NCBI GenBank assembly: GCA_965222535.1
Contig: OZ244957.1
Coordinates: 1,539,550 to 1,603,549 of the forward strand
Direction: 5' to 3'
From: Gammaproteobacteria bacterium
GTDB taxonomy: Bacteria > Pseudomonadota > Gammaproteobacteria > HK1
Length of the DNA stretch: 64,000 nt
Shown here one piece after another: positions 28,309-37,649 of this stretch. Under the pieces are notes generated by a model. That model was given only the letters and a program-made list of their open reading frames with translations. It was not told where the DNA came from and did no database searches. Numbering within the stretch: the first letter of the stretch is position 1; the number at the start of each line of letters is the position of its first letter. Both the position numbers and the translations under genes were made by a program.

Positions 28309-28414
28309 GGCTTGTCTATTAGGGGAAGGGTTATAAATCAACTCCTGTACGTTACAGGTAATCATCCCCCATCCCCCATCCTTCCTATCCCGTTCAAGGT
28401 TTTTCGAGGTTTCC
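28309..28414. repeat. family-A MITE-like element (short form)
   Basis: ggcttgtctattaggggaagggttataaatcaa...cccccatcccccatcc...caaggtttttcgaggtttcc. Confidence 0.85.
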
Positions 28415-28442
28415 TTAGTATTTTCAGTAGTCGGATCAAATC

Positions 28443-29966
28443 ATGTTAAGACGGGACTTATTAAAAGTGCTGGGAGCCGCGAGCCTATCAACCATTGGTG
28501 GCACGGTGCCCTATTCAGCACTGGCCAATACGTCCACTAACTGTGTTGAGAGCGAGCGTGCAACTTTACAACGCGCCTTTCGAAGCAGTTTTGACGGGGT
28601 GGCAGAGACACTGGGCCCCACTCACATAAAATTCGACGCACCATTACCACAAGGACTGACCGGCACCTTTTATCGCAACGGGCCGGCGCGGATGCAACGA
28701 GGCGATACACAATACAAGCACTGGTTTGACGGCGACGGAATGATACAGTCGTTCGCGATTTCGGCAGACAGACTGACCCATCGGGCCAAAATGGTACGCA
28801 CCAGCCGCTATGTTGCCGAAGAAAAAGCCGGGCGATTTTTGTGGAGTGGTTTTGGTACCGCCTTCGCAGATGGGTTGTCAGTAAAAAAACCCGACGACGT
28901 AAACGTTGCCAATATTTCCGTGCTACCCGTCGGGGATGAATTGCTGGCCCTTTGGGAAGCGGGCTCTGCATGGGAAATCGATCCAGATACACTGGAAACC
29001 ACCGGCAGGAAAGTGCTATCACCCGACACTGACGGTGTACCCTTTTCAGCTCACCCCCGCGTGGACCCCGGTGGGCGAATCTGGAATTTTGGCTATTTGA
29101 GCGGTAGCGATAAACTGGTTTTATATGATCTGTCTCCAGCCGGCAAGCTTAACAGAGCCACCGTCATCGATGCACCCAATACTAATATGGTGCACGACTT
29201 CGCCGTTACAGAGCGCTACCTCGTGTTTGCACTGATGCCGATCACCTATACTCCAATGGAGTCAAATAGTGCTAACGCATTTGCCGACCTACTCGGCTGG
29301 GACGCGAATGGAACGGTGGATATACTGCTGATCGATAAACAACAGTTAACGATTGCGCACCGATTTGAACTGCCCCCTTTTTTTGCCTTCCACTTTGGCA
29401 ACGCCTGGCAAGACGGGAATCAGATAAGGCTCGAAACCGCCGTCGCGCCACCATGGGATGAACTCAATGAAACGATTATGCGAGCCACGATGGGGCACCC
29501 TCAAAAGGATACATTCGACGAACCACCGGCGCTGGACATCATACTGAATCTGAAGACCGCTACCGCGAGTGTTGAGCAACTACCACACGCTGGAGCGGAG
29601 TTTCCGGTATACGACAACCGCTTTACCGGGTTAAAGACTTCGCGACTGGTCATGTTAGCGCGTAGCGAGCAAATGCCGCCGGAAGTATTTGGTTTTAACC
29701 GCGTGCAGTCATTTAATCGAAAAACAGATCAGCTTCAGGCCTTTGACTATGGTCCCCACACAATTGCAGAGGAGCATGTATTTGTTGCCAAATCCGGGGC
29801 CACAGAAGGTGAAGGCTGGCTTATAGGGACAAGTTTCAACTGGAAAACCCGTCGCACTACTTTAACAATACTCGACGCAAGCCATTTGGAAGACGGGGCC
29901 ATAGCCAGTGCAACATTACCCTACCACTTGCCATTGGGCTTGCATGGGAAATTCGTTGAAAGCTGA
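28443..29966 (+). CDS. carotenoid/apocarotenoid cleavage dioxygenase (RPE65 family)
   Basis: FYRNGPARM, HWFDGDGMIQSF, VHDFAVTERYLVF and FHFGNAW are family hallmarks. The N-terminus MLRRDLLKVLGAASL looks Tat-like. Confidence 0.85.
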   Translation: MLRRDLLKVLGAASLSTIGGTVPYSALANTSTNCVESERATLQRAFRSSFDGVAETLGPTHIKFDAPLPQGLTGTFYRNGPARMQRGDTQYKHWFDGDGMIQSFAISADRLTHRAKMVRTSRYVAEEKAGRFLWSGFGTAFADGLSVKKPDDVNVANISVLPVGDELLALWEAGSAWEIDPDTLETTGRKVLSPDTDGVPFSAHPRVDPGGRIWNFGYLSGSDKLVLYDLSPAGKLNRATVIDAPNTNMVHDFAVTERYLVFALMPITYTPMESNSANAFADLLGWDANGTVDILLIDKQQLTIAHRFELPPFFAFHFGNAWQDGNQIRLETAVAPPWDELNETIMRATMGHPQKDTFDEPPALDIILNLKTATASVEQLPHAGAEFPVYDNRFTGLKTSRLVMLARSEQMPPEVFGFNRVQSFNRKTDQLQAFDYGPHTIAEEHVFVAKSGATEGEGWLIGTSFNWKTRRTTLTILDASHLEDGAIASATLPYHLPLGLHGKFVES

Positions 29967-31170
29967 GACCCATGAATGGCTGCGGACACTGCAACCTCAG
30001 AAGTTGTTCAGCGCAAGGGCACTTATTGTTCTGCTAATTAACTCGCTAATCTGCACCGGGGTGGCAGTTGCTCTGTGGCTCATCGTGCCAGGGCTTACCA
30101 GACACAGTTTGCTTAACAGTTGGGTGTTTGCGCAGTGTATTGGCCAGTCTATTTGCCTACTCTATTTGTTGACTGGCCAATTTGTGCGCTCAAGTCTGAT
30201 CAGCTATCCACAACTCATTATTCTGTCTCACCCGGCGATCGTATTGTCTGGATTTTTAATCGGTAGCTCGCTTGGCAAGTTCTTCCTGAACGTGCCACAC
30301 GGAATATGGGTTGACCGACAAACTATAATTGCCTCACTGTCAATTACGATACTGGTTTCAGTAGCCTCAACCTGGTTTTATTCCACTCGTGAACAGCTAG
30401 CATCCCTAAAACTGGCAGTGGCTCAAGAGGCCGCACAAGCATCACAAGCGCGGCTGGCAATGTTGCGCGCGCAGCTTGAGCCACACATGCTTTTTAACAC
30501 GCTGGCCAACCTTCGCACACTGATGGGGGTGGACCCGCAGCGCGCCCAGTTGATGCTGGATCAACTGATAGAATTTCTGCGTGCTACCCTCGATAGCTCC
30601 CAAACCACCCACAATACCCTCCAGGCTGAATTCAACACCTTGCAAAACTACCTCTCCCTGATGCAAGTCAGGCTAGGTAATCGATTGACTTTTACCCTCG
30701 ATCTACCCTCGCAACTGGCCCTATGCCAGGTGCCGACCCTGTTACTCCAGCCACTGGTAGAGAATGCCATTGTGCACGGAATAGAGCCCTCTATTGATGG
30801 CGGCTCTATTTCGGTGCAAGCACGTATGCTCGATGATGACAGTTGCCAAAATGCCGTGTCCGTCGAATACAGTATGGCGAATGACGGCACACTACTGGAG
30901 TTAAAAGTCATTGACACGGGCATCGGCATGAAGACGGATAATGTCCAGTCCGCCAACGGATTTGGTTTGCACAGTTTGCGCGCGCGTCTTCCTGAACTTG
31001 CAAATAGGGGTCACCAGCATGATCACTATTTACAAATAGAATCTCCACCGGCTAATTTGCCTTCAGGCACGGCGGTAACAATAATAGTGCCTTTCTCACC
31101 AGCCTTATCATTCACTCTTGGGAACCTCGAAAAATGGCAATGGGATGGGGGTTTGGGGGGAGGGACATGA
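29944..31170 (+). CDS. LytS/YehU-type sensor histidine kinase
   Basis: Multi-TM N-terminus, then LEPHMLFNTLANLRTLM (His_kinase/LytS domain), LQPLVENAIVHG and DTGIGM (HATPase). The start overlaps the dioxygenase stop by 23 nt. The last ~17 codons lie inside a MITE. Confidence 0.85.
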   Translation: MGNSLKAETHEWLRTLQPQKLFSARALIVLLINSLICTGVAVALWLIVPGLTRHSLLNSWVFAQCIGQSICLLYLLTGQFVRSSLISYPQLIILSHPAIVLSGFLIGSSLGKFFLNVPHGIWVDRQTIIASLSITILVSVASTWFYSTREQLASLKLAVAQEAAQASQARLAMLRAQLEPHMLFNTLANLRTLMGVDPQRAQLMLDQLIEFLRATLDSSQTTHNTLQAEFNTLQNYLSLMQVRLGNRLTFTLDLPSQLALCQVPTLLLQPLVENAIVHGIEPSIDGGSISVQARMLDDDSCQNAVSVEYSMANDGTLLELKVIDTGIGMKTDNVQSANGFGLHSLRARLPELANRGHQHDHYLQIESPPANLPSGTAVTIIVPFSPALSFTLGNLEKWQWDGGLGGGT

Positions 31171-31270
31171 GCACCTGTATCGTAATCCGTTGATTTATAA
31201 CCCTTTCCCCAATAGACAAGCCCCGCAGGGTATCCCGAAAAGCTAGCGAAGCTGGTTTTTCGAGGTACCC
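31120..31270. repeat. family-A MITE-like element (full length, clear TIRs)
   Basis: Starts gggaacctcgaaaaa and ends tttttcgaggtaccc. The core is ttgatttataaccctttccccaatagacaagcccc. Confidence 0.9.
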
Positions 31271-31284
31271 TCCTGTTACAGCCA

Positions 31285-32136
31285 ATGCCAATGGCAGCCA
31301 GAGCCATGCCTGAATCAATATCCACAGATACTTACACACCGATTGCACTGATAGCCGACGACGAACCTCTGCTACTTAACGCACTGGCTGCAGAGCTTGC
31401 GCGGGCCTGGCCGGAACTGAAAATCGTCCACACGGTTGAAAACGGAACACGCGCCATTGAACAGTTACTTTCCAACCCGGTTGATATCGCGTTTCTGGAT
31501 ATTCGCATGCCAGGTGCCACTGGCATTGAAGTGGTGCAGGAGATCGTTGAAGAATGGCCCGACTCAAGCATCATTATCCCGCCGCTTGTTGTGTTTGCTA
31601 CCGCTTATGGTGACTACGCCGTTGATGCGTTCGACCTTTCTGCGATCGACTATATCCTGAAACCCTTTACATCAACTCGCCTGGATCAAACTGTAGAACG
31701 GCTAAAAAAGCACCTTGAAGACAGAAGCAACAGCCAATCGATCGAGGTGCTTGGTGAGCGATTTAAAACCCTGCTTGATAACAGCACCCGCGATACAGCG
31801 GAGCAGGACTTTTTGCAACACATACGAGCCAGCGTCGGTGACACCGTACATATTATCCCGATAGACGATGTGGTTTTGTTTCAGGCATCCGATAAATATG
31901 TAGAGGTGCACACGGTCGATCAGCAGCAACTATTGATACGCGAGTCACTGCGAGATTTGCTGCCAAAGCTCAATCGCTCCCGTTTCGTACAGGTTCATCG
32001 TAGCAGTATCGTCAATCTTGGATTTGTTGCTGCAGCCACTCGAAGAGAGAATGGACAGTTAACTCTGTGTCTTAAACACAGTGAACAGCAGCCGGTTGTT
32101 AGTCGACTGTATCGTCATTTATTTCAGGCGATGTAG
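31285..32136 (+). CDS. LytR/AlgR-family response regulator (REC + LytTR)
   Basis: IALIADDEPLL...DIAFLDIRMPGATG (REC domain), then a C-terminal LytTR domain (VLFQASDKYVEVHT...FVQVHRSSIVN). Confidence 0.9.
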   Translation: MPMAARAMPESISTDTYTPIALIADDEPLLLNALAAELARAWPELKIVHTVENGTRAIEQLLSNPVDIAFLDIRMPGATGIEVVQEIVEEWPDSSIIIPPLVVFATAYGDYAVDAFDLSAIDYILKPFTSTRLDQTVERLKKHLEDRSNSQSIEVLGERFKTLLDNSTRDTAEQDFLQHIRASVGDTVHIIPIDDVVLFQASDKYVEVHTVDQQQLLIRESLRDLLPKLNRSRFVQVHRSSIVNLGFVAAATRRENGQLTLCLKHSEQQPVVSRLYRHLFQAM

Positions 32137-32282
32137 AGGACTTACAATCTCAAGCGGGCCGCTAATCTTCAAAAAGAATGTTAGGCGCTGACGGGATAAG
32201 TGCGTCCACAATAGGGAAATTGAACCGAAAATGGCTGGTTTTAACCGTTGATTTCCAACCAATGAGGGCATCACTGCCTCTT

Positions 32283-32465
32283 TTGTACTCCCTTCCCCAA
32301 AACCCCTAACCCCAGCATCTCCTGTGCTTTCGGCTCGACGCCGTGCAGGGCCGAGGGCAGGTGAAGGCTCTGGCATAGTGGAAGGCGGGGGCTCTGGCAT
32401 GGCTTCGGGCGGGGGCTCTGGGATTAGCGTACGGCGCGCCGCTAGGCGCTCCTGATTAAAAATAG
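32283..32465. repeat. family-B composite repeat copy
   Basis: tcccttccccaaaacccctaaccccagcatctcctgtgc...cgacgccgtgcagggccgagggc...ggctctggcat (x2)...ggctctgggatt...ccgctaggcgctcctgattaaaaat. Modules are shared with 17440-17640 and 27340-27460. Confidence 0.8.
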
Positions 32466-32549
32466 AAATAACGCATTTTTACTTTTATGCTGAACGCTGA
32501 TCTTCTATGCTAACGCCTATCCTGTTACACTTTTCTCAAGGAGCGCTCC

Positions 32550-32873
32550 ATGACCTTTGTTGTTATTGACAGCTGCATCAAATGTAAATACACCGATTGC
32601 GTTGAGGTATGCCCGGTGGATTGCTTCCACGAGGGGCCTAACATGTTAGTGATCGATCCCGAAGAGTGTATCGACTGCACCTTGTGCGAGCCGGAATGCC
32701 CGATCAACGCTATCCTCTCGGAAGATGAACTGGAAGCAGATCAGCACCATTTCATCGAGCTCAACGCTGAACTGGCGCAGCAATGGCCGGTACTCACCGA
32801 AAAGAAAGACGCGCCGACAGATGCCAGCGATTGGGAAGGGGTGGCGGATAAGCTCCAGTATCTGGAGCGTTGA
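32550..32873 (+). CDS. fdxA: 7Fe ferredoxin (FdxA type, 3Fe-4S plus 4Fe-4S)
   Basis: [51 protein letters not shown] is the canonical Azotobacter-type ferredoxin I pattern. Confidence 0.93.
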   Translation: MTFVVIDSCIKCKYTDCVEVCPVDCFHEGPNMLVIDPEECIDCTLCEPECPINAILSEDELEADQHHFIELNAELAQQWPVLTEKKDAPTDASDWEGVADKLQYLER

Positions 32874-33156
32874 TCATGGGATACGCGCCAGCCGCCATCA
32901 TCATCTTGCCAACTGATCGCGGTGTGTCAGCAGCATGTCCACTGACGCCCTCCGCACGGCGGCGGCGCGGCGCGATTTGAGCGCATTGCTTATTGTTGCT
33001 TCAGTACTTACAGGCATACAACAGCCCTCCGATGGCGCAACCAGCGTAAAGCCCTGTTGCCATCAGCAGGCGGCATCTGGCTTGGCGCTTGCGCCGCGCA
33101 AGATTGTGCCCCTGCCCCCACTTTGACCAACAACTAGCCATGGAGTCGCACAGCCG

Positions 33157-34047
33157 ATGAAGCTTAGCTTGCCTCGCCGTGGGATTTCCCTGTGGTGGCG
33201 CAGCGAGCAAGGTCTCAGCGTATTACTCATCAGCCCGGCGCTGTTGTATGCGATTGCGTTGCTGGCGTTCCCGTTGCTGATGGTGTTTGCCTTCAGCTTC
33301 TGGACCGAGAATTATCTTGAAATTGACCGTACGCTAACACTGAAGAACTATATTGCGGTATGGACCGAGCCGATCTACCGCGTACTGATGGGGCGCTCGA
33401 TAATAATCGCTCTTAGCGCAACCTGCATCACGCTTATCCTCGCCTATCCCATTGCCTATTATGTTTCGTTCCATGTCACTAGCAACAAAGGGCTATGGTT
33501 ATTACTGATCACGATTCCATTTTGGACCAGCTACCTGCTACGGGTATTCTTATGGAAAGTGATCCTCGGCTACAACGGCGTACTCAACAGCTCACTGCAA
33601 TGGCTTGGGATCATCGAACAACCGCTGACGTTTATTCTTTACAACGCCAATGCGGTGGTGATTACCCTAGCTCATGCGTGGGCGCCATTCGCCATCCTGC
33701 CGATTTATGTCGCACTGGAGAGGATTGACCGCCGTCTGCTTGAAGCGGCTACCGATCTGGGTGATGGGCCAGTGAGGCGCTTTCTGCGCATTACCCTGCC
33801 GCTGTCCATGGCTGGCGTGATCGCCGCCTTTCTGATCGTCTTCATTCCGACCATAGGCGACTATGTGACCCCACGCTTAGTGGGCGGTACCGACGGCCTG
33901 ATGATCGCCAACATCGTGCAAGTGCAATTTGGCAAGGCGAATAACAAGCCGCTTGGAGCGGCGCTTGCGATCACCTCGATCGCGCTGGTGACTTTAATCT
34001 CGATGCTCGTGGTATGGCTGAATAAACGCTATGTCAAAGGGCAATAG
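33157..34047 (+). CDS. ABC transporter permease (PotB/polyamine-type)
   Basis: Six predicted TM segments, and an EAA-like loop LEAATDLGDGPVRRFLRITLPL. Confidence 0.8.
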   Translation: MKLSLPRRGISLWWRSEQGLSVLLISPALLYAIALLAFPLLMVFAFSFWTENYLEIDRTLTLKNYIAVWTEPIYRVLMGRSIIIALSATCITLILAYPIAYYVSFHVTSNKGLWLLLITIPFWTSYLLRVFLWKVILGYNGVLNSSLQWLGIIEQPLTFILYNANAVVITLAHAWAPFAILPIYVALERIDRRLLEAATDLGDGPVRRFLRITLPLSMAGVIAAFLIVFIPTIGDYVTPRLVGGTDGLMIANIVQVQFGKANNKPLGAALAITSIALVTLISMLVVWLNKRYVKGQ

Positions 34048-34049
34048 CC

Positions 34050-34877
34050 ATGGATAGCACGATTGCCCGCAGGCCATCAAAACTGCGGTTCTACGCCTAT
34101 GCTTATCTGATCTTCTTGTATGCGCCGGTGCTGCTGCTGCCGGTTTTCTCCTTCAACAACAGCCCGATCATCAGCTTTCCACTCAAAGGATTTACGCTGC
34201 ACTGGTTTTACGTCCTGACCGCCAATCAGACCCTGCTCATAGCGCTGAAAAACAGTTTGTACATTGCTTCTGCGACGGCGCTTATCAGCACCATGCTGGG
34301 GGTGCTTGCCGCCCGGGCGTTATCCCGCGGCGTGCTCTTCGGGCAGCGTCCGATCACCGGGTTTGTCATGCTGCCGCTGTTCTTACCTGAGATCATCATT
34401 GCGGTATCGATCCTGGTGGTATTGCTGCAATTGGGGTTCAATCTGTCGTTGTGGAGCGTGGTCCTTGGTCATGTGCTGATCTGCATCCCGTTTTCCATTG
34501 TGGTGCTACTATCTGCTTTTCGTGGACTCGATCAATCCTTGGAAGAAGCCTCAATGGATTTAGGCGTGGGACGGATGCAGACTTTCTTGCGTGTTACCTT
34601 GCCATTGGTGCTGCCTGGCATCGTTTCCAGCCTCCTGATCACGTTCACCTTGTCGTTGGATGAATTTATTATCGCTTTCTTTCTGACTGGCACCGAGCCG
34701 ACGTTGCCGGTATATATCTGGAGCCAACTGCGTTTCCCAGCCAAGCTGCCGAGCATCATGGCTTTGGGCACGATCCTGCTGCTCTTTTCATTAATCATGC
34801 TACTGCTGGCCGAAAGGTTCCGCCGCCGCTCGGCGGCGCGCACCGGCACCGCCAGCGCGCCTACAGGGATGATATGA
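34050..34877 (+). CDS. ABC transporter permease (PotC/polyamine-type)
   Basis: EAA-like loop LEEASMDLGVGRMQTFLRVTLPL. The gene starts 3 nt after the previous permease. Confidence 0.8.
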   Translation: MDSTIARRPSKLRFYAYAYLIFLYAPVLLLPVFSFNNSPIISFPLKGFTLHWFYVLTANQTLLIALKNSLYIASATALISTMLGVLAARALSRGVLFGQRPITGFVMLPLFLPEIIIAVSILVVLLQLGFNLSLWSVVLGHVLICIPFSIVVLLSAFRGLDQSLEEASMDLGVGRMQTFLRVTLPLVLPGIVSSLLITFTLSLDEFIIAFFLTGTEPTLPVYIWSQLRFPAKLPSIMALGTILLLFSLIMLLLAERFRRRSAARTGTASAPTGMI

Positions 34878-36004
34878 CCGCCGCCGCCCTCGCTGCCAAC
34901 GACCACAGTCGCCCGGTGCCAGCGCCGATCATCGAAATTCGCGGGGTACATAAGTTGTTCGGCGACGTGGAGGTGATCAAAGGCATTGACTTTGATGTCA
35001 ACCAAGGTGAATTTCTCTCTTTGCTGGGTGCCTCGGGTTGCGGCAAAACCACGCTACTGCGTCTGATAGGCGGTTTTGAGGAACCCTCCAAGGGGACTAT
35101 TGCGATCGCTGGCAAGCCGATGGCCGGGATTTCCGCCAACCACCGCCCTACCAATATGGTATTCCAAAGCTATGCCATCTTTCCTCATCTGAACGTCGGC
35201 GACAACGTAGGCTATGGCTTGCGCGCGAAAAAACCAAGCCGCAGCGCATACCAACGGCAGATCAAGGATGCCCTGGAGATGGTTAGCCTGGATGGCTACC
35301 AAAACCGCGCCGCCCATGAATTGTCAGGCGGGCAGCGCCAGCGGGTCGCCTTGGCGCGCGCCTTGATCATGCACCCTGAAGTGCTGCTGCTGGATGAACC
35401 GCTATCCGCACTCGACCGCAAGCTGCGCGAAAACATGCAGATAGAGTTGCGCCGACTGCAACGGGCGGTAGGTATCACCTTTATTTTGGTAACCCATGAT
35501 CAGGAAGAAGCGCTGATCATGTCTGATCGTGTGGCGGTGATGCACGATGGTCAGATTGAACAGTTGACGACACCGCAGGAGCTCTATTGCCGTCCGATCA
35601 ATAAACGTGTTGCGACCTTTATCGGTACGATGAACTTATTCAATGGCCGGGTTATCTCCGCTGATTCAGACACCGTATCGATCGACGCAGCACCCTTTGG
35701 GCAGGTTACCCTACCGCGTGCGCAATGCAATACCATCAAAGTGAGCGGGGCGGTGGTTGTCGGCGTACGCCCCGAAATGTTCAGCGTTTTGATCGATCCC
35801 GAGGATCGGGCCGAGCAAGAAACTAAGGCGACCGTAACCAATGCTTGCTACTATGGTGATATGACCTATTATAATCTCCGCCTTGCGGGGTTTGATGGTA
35901 ATACGGTGATTGTATCGATGCGCAACACCGCTGGACGGCGCATCTTGCAGCCTGGAGAGCACGCCCGCATTGGTTGGGGCAATGAATCGCTGATCGTACT
36001 CTAG
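34874..36004 (+). CDS. ABC transporter ATP-binding protein (PotA-like)
   Basis: Walker A GASGCGKTT, signature LSGGQRQRVALARAL, Walker B LLLDEP. ATGA start/stop overlap with the permease gene. Confidence 0.9.
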   Translation: MTAAALAANDHSRPVPAPIIEIRGVHKLFGDVEVIKGIDFDVNQGEFLSLLGASGCGKTTLLRLIGGFEEPSKGTIAIAGKPMAGISANHRPTNMVFQSYAIFPHLNVGDNVGYGLRAKKPSRSAYQRQIKDALEMVSLDGYQNRAAHELSGGQRQRVALARALIMHPEVLLLDEPLSALDRKLRENMQIELRRLQRAVGITFILVTHDQEEALIMSDRVAVMHDGQIEQLTTPQELYCRPINKRVATFIGTMNLFNGRVISADSDTVSIDAAPFGQVTLPRAQCNTIKVSGAVVVGVRPEMFSVLIDPEDRAEQETKATVTNACYYGDMTYYNLRLAGFDGNTVIVSMRNTAGRRILQPGEHARIGWGNESLIVL

Positions 36005-36053
36005 CGGTATCGCCCTCTTACGGGATAAACTACTGATGGACGAACGGTCATAT

Positions 36054-36218
36054 GAGGGTGCCTTGAAAAACCAGCGTCGCCAGCTTTTCGAAGCACCCTC
36101 CTAGTGTTATATTGGGGGAAGGGTATATTAATCCATAACTGATAGGGGCTTACGAAAATTGCTTATCGCACCCCTTTCCCCGAACCCCCATGCCATTTCA
36201 GGGTTTTTCGAGGTTCCC
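36054..36218. repeat. family-A MITE-like element (full length)
   Basis: Starts gagggtgccttgaaaaacc, contains gcttttcgaagcaccc and tattgggggaagggtatattaatcc, and ends cagggtttttcgaggttccc. Confidence 0.9.
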
Positions 36219-36339
36219 TTGAGGCTACACCGACTTTAAACACCCACAGGACATGCTTGCAAGCAACCACCGCTTTTGGCGTTGCTTGGCGCGCCGCCAT
36301 GATGGGTGCAGTTAAAACCACACATTTTGAGATGAGCTT

Positions 36340-37464
36340 ATGCGATTTAAGATCGACCGGGAAAAGTTACTAAATCTGCTGCAGACCGTGCAAGGCGCTG
36401 TTGCTGTAGAGCGCCGCCTGCCGAAGCCGATATTGTCCAATCTTTTACTCACAGTAAAAGACAACACGCTGGCCATTACGGCCACTGATCTGGAAGCTGA
36501 GATTATCGCTTGGACCACTATCAACGATGTATCGCAAGAAGGAACGACGACCGTATCGGCGCGCAGAATGATAGACATTGCACGCTTGTCGCCAGAAAAC
36601 ACGCCGATTGACTTTGCCTTGGAAAACGACCGGCTGCTGATCCGATTTGGTCGCAGCCGATACAATCTGAGCACTTTGCCGGCAGACGATTTCCCGACCA
36701 CCAGCACCATAACTGACCAGCAGACGGTGCAATGCCCGGCAGCCGTACTCAAGCAGTTGCTCCAGTTGGTCCAGTTCTCGATGGCGCAGGAAGCCGCTAG
36801 GCCGGCGCTGATGGGGACCTTAATCGAGCTCAACCCAGGGAAAATAAAAACCGTAGCCACCGATGGTCACCGCTTGGCATTGGCTGAACACTCGCTGCAA
36901 TGCGATGTCAGCGAGCAGCACCAGATCACCGTGCCGCGCAAACCGATCACCACTTTGAATCGGTTGCTGAGCAACAGCGATGCAATGGTCAATATCGATA
37001 TTGGATCAAACGTGGCGCGATTTAATCTCGATCATGCGGTGCTCACCAGCAAACTCATTGACGGCGCTTTTCCCGATTATGAGGACGCTATTCCGGATAT
37101 CAGTACAAGCAATCATAAGCTCAATATCAACCGCGAGGACTTGCGCACGGCATTGAACCGCATCTCGGTCATGTTCGGCGATGCCAACCGTAGCGTCAGA
37201 CTGTCACTGGCGGAAGAAGACACCCCTTTACTGTCCCTGTCCGCTGAAGACATTCAGGCCGGCGATGCGCAAGAGGAATTGGATGTTGCCTATTCAGGTC
37301 TGCCGATACAGATTAACTTTAACGTCACTTACCTGATTGACATCCTTTCAACACTCTCCCAAGAAACCGTTGAGCTGATATTTTCAGACGCTTATAAGGG
37401 CTGCCTTATGCGCCCACAAGACAGCGCTGGATGCCTCTTTGTGGTGATGCCGATCCGCACCTAA
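36340..37464 (+). CDS. dnaN: DNA polymerase III beta sliding clamp
   Basis: MRFKIDREKLLNLLQTVQGAV...LPILSNLLL...ATDLE, the RYNLSTLPADDFP loop, and the C-terminal FVVMPIR. 374 aa. Confidence 0.9.
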   Translation: MRFKIDREKLLNLLQTVQGAVAVERRLPKPILSNLLLTVKDNTLAITATDLEAEIIAWTTINDVSQEGTTTVSARRMIDIARLSPENTPIDFALENDRLLIRFGRSRYNLSTLPADDFPTTSTITDQQTVQCPAAVLKQLLQLVQFSMAQEAARPALMGTLIELNPGKIKTVATDGHRLALAEHSLQCDVSEQHQITVPRKPITTLNRLLSNSDAMVNIDIGSNVARFNLDHAVLTSKLIDGAFPDYEDAIPDISTSNHKLNINREDLRTALNRISVMFGDANRSVRLSLAEEDTPLLSLSAEDIQAGDAQEELDVAYSGLPIQINFNVTYLIDILSTLSQETVELIFSDAYKGCLMRPQDSAGCLFVVMPIRT

Positions 37465-37649
37465 CATGCCCATGGTCGTGGCATCGCATCGCTGACAAAT
37501 CAACAAAGAAGCCTGTATTCACAGCCACATTCAGATTCGCTGCTGCTGCGCTCACCAGCAGCGTAGCGCTGCGCTGCCACCTACGGTTACGCAGCCCGCT
37601 TGCCGACTATCGAAAGCGGTGCGCTGCTTGAATTCAGGATTAAAAACAG

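Noticed and set aside
32935-33126. Small ORF upstream of the ABC permease genes, considered as a missing substrate-binding protein.
   Set aside because: At 63 aa it is far too short. It is Ala/Arg-rich with no lipoprotein or SBP features, so the transporter appears to lack an adjacent SBP gene.
37465-37649. Possible cobalamin riboswitch upstream of cobT.
   Set aside because: I could find no B12-box-like consensus. There is only a simple GCTGCTG/CAGCAGC hairpin.
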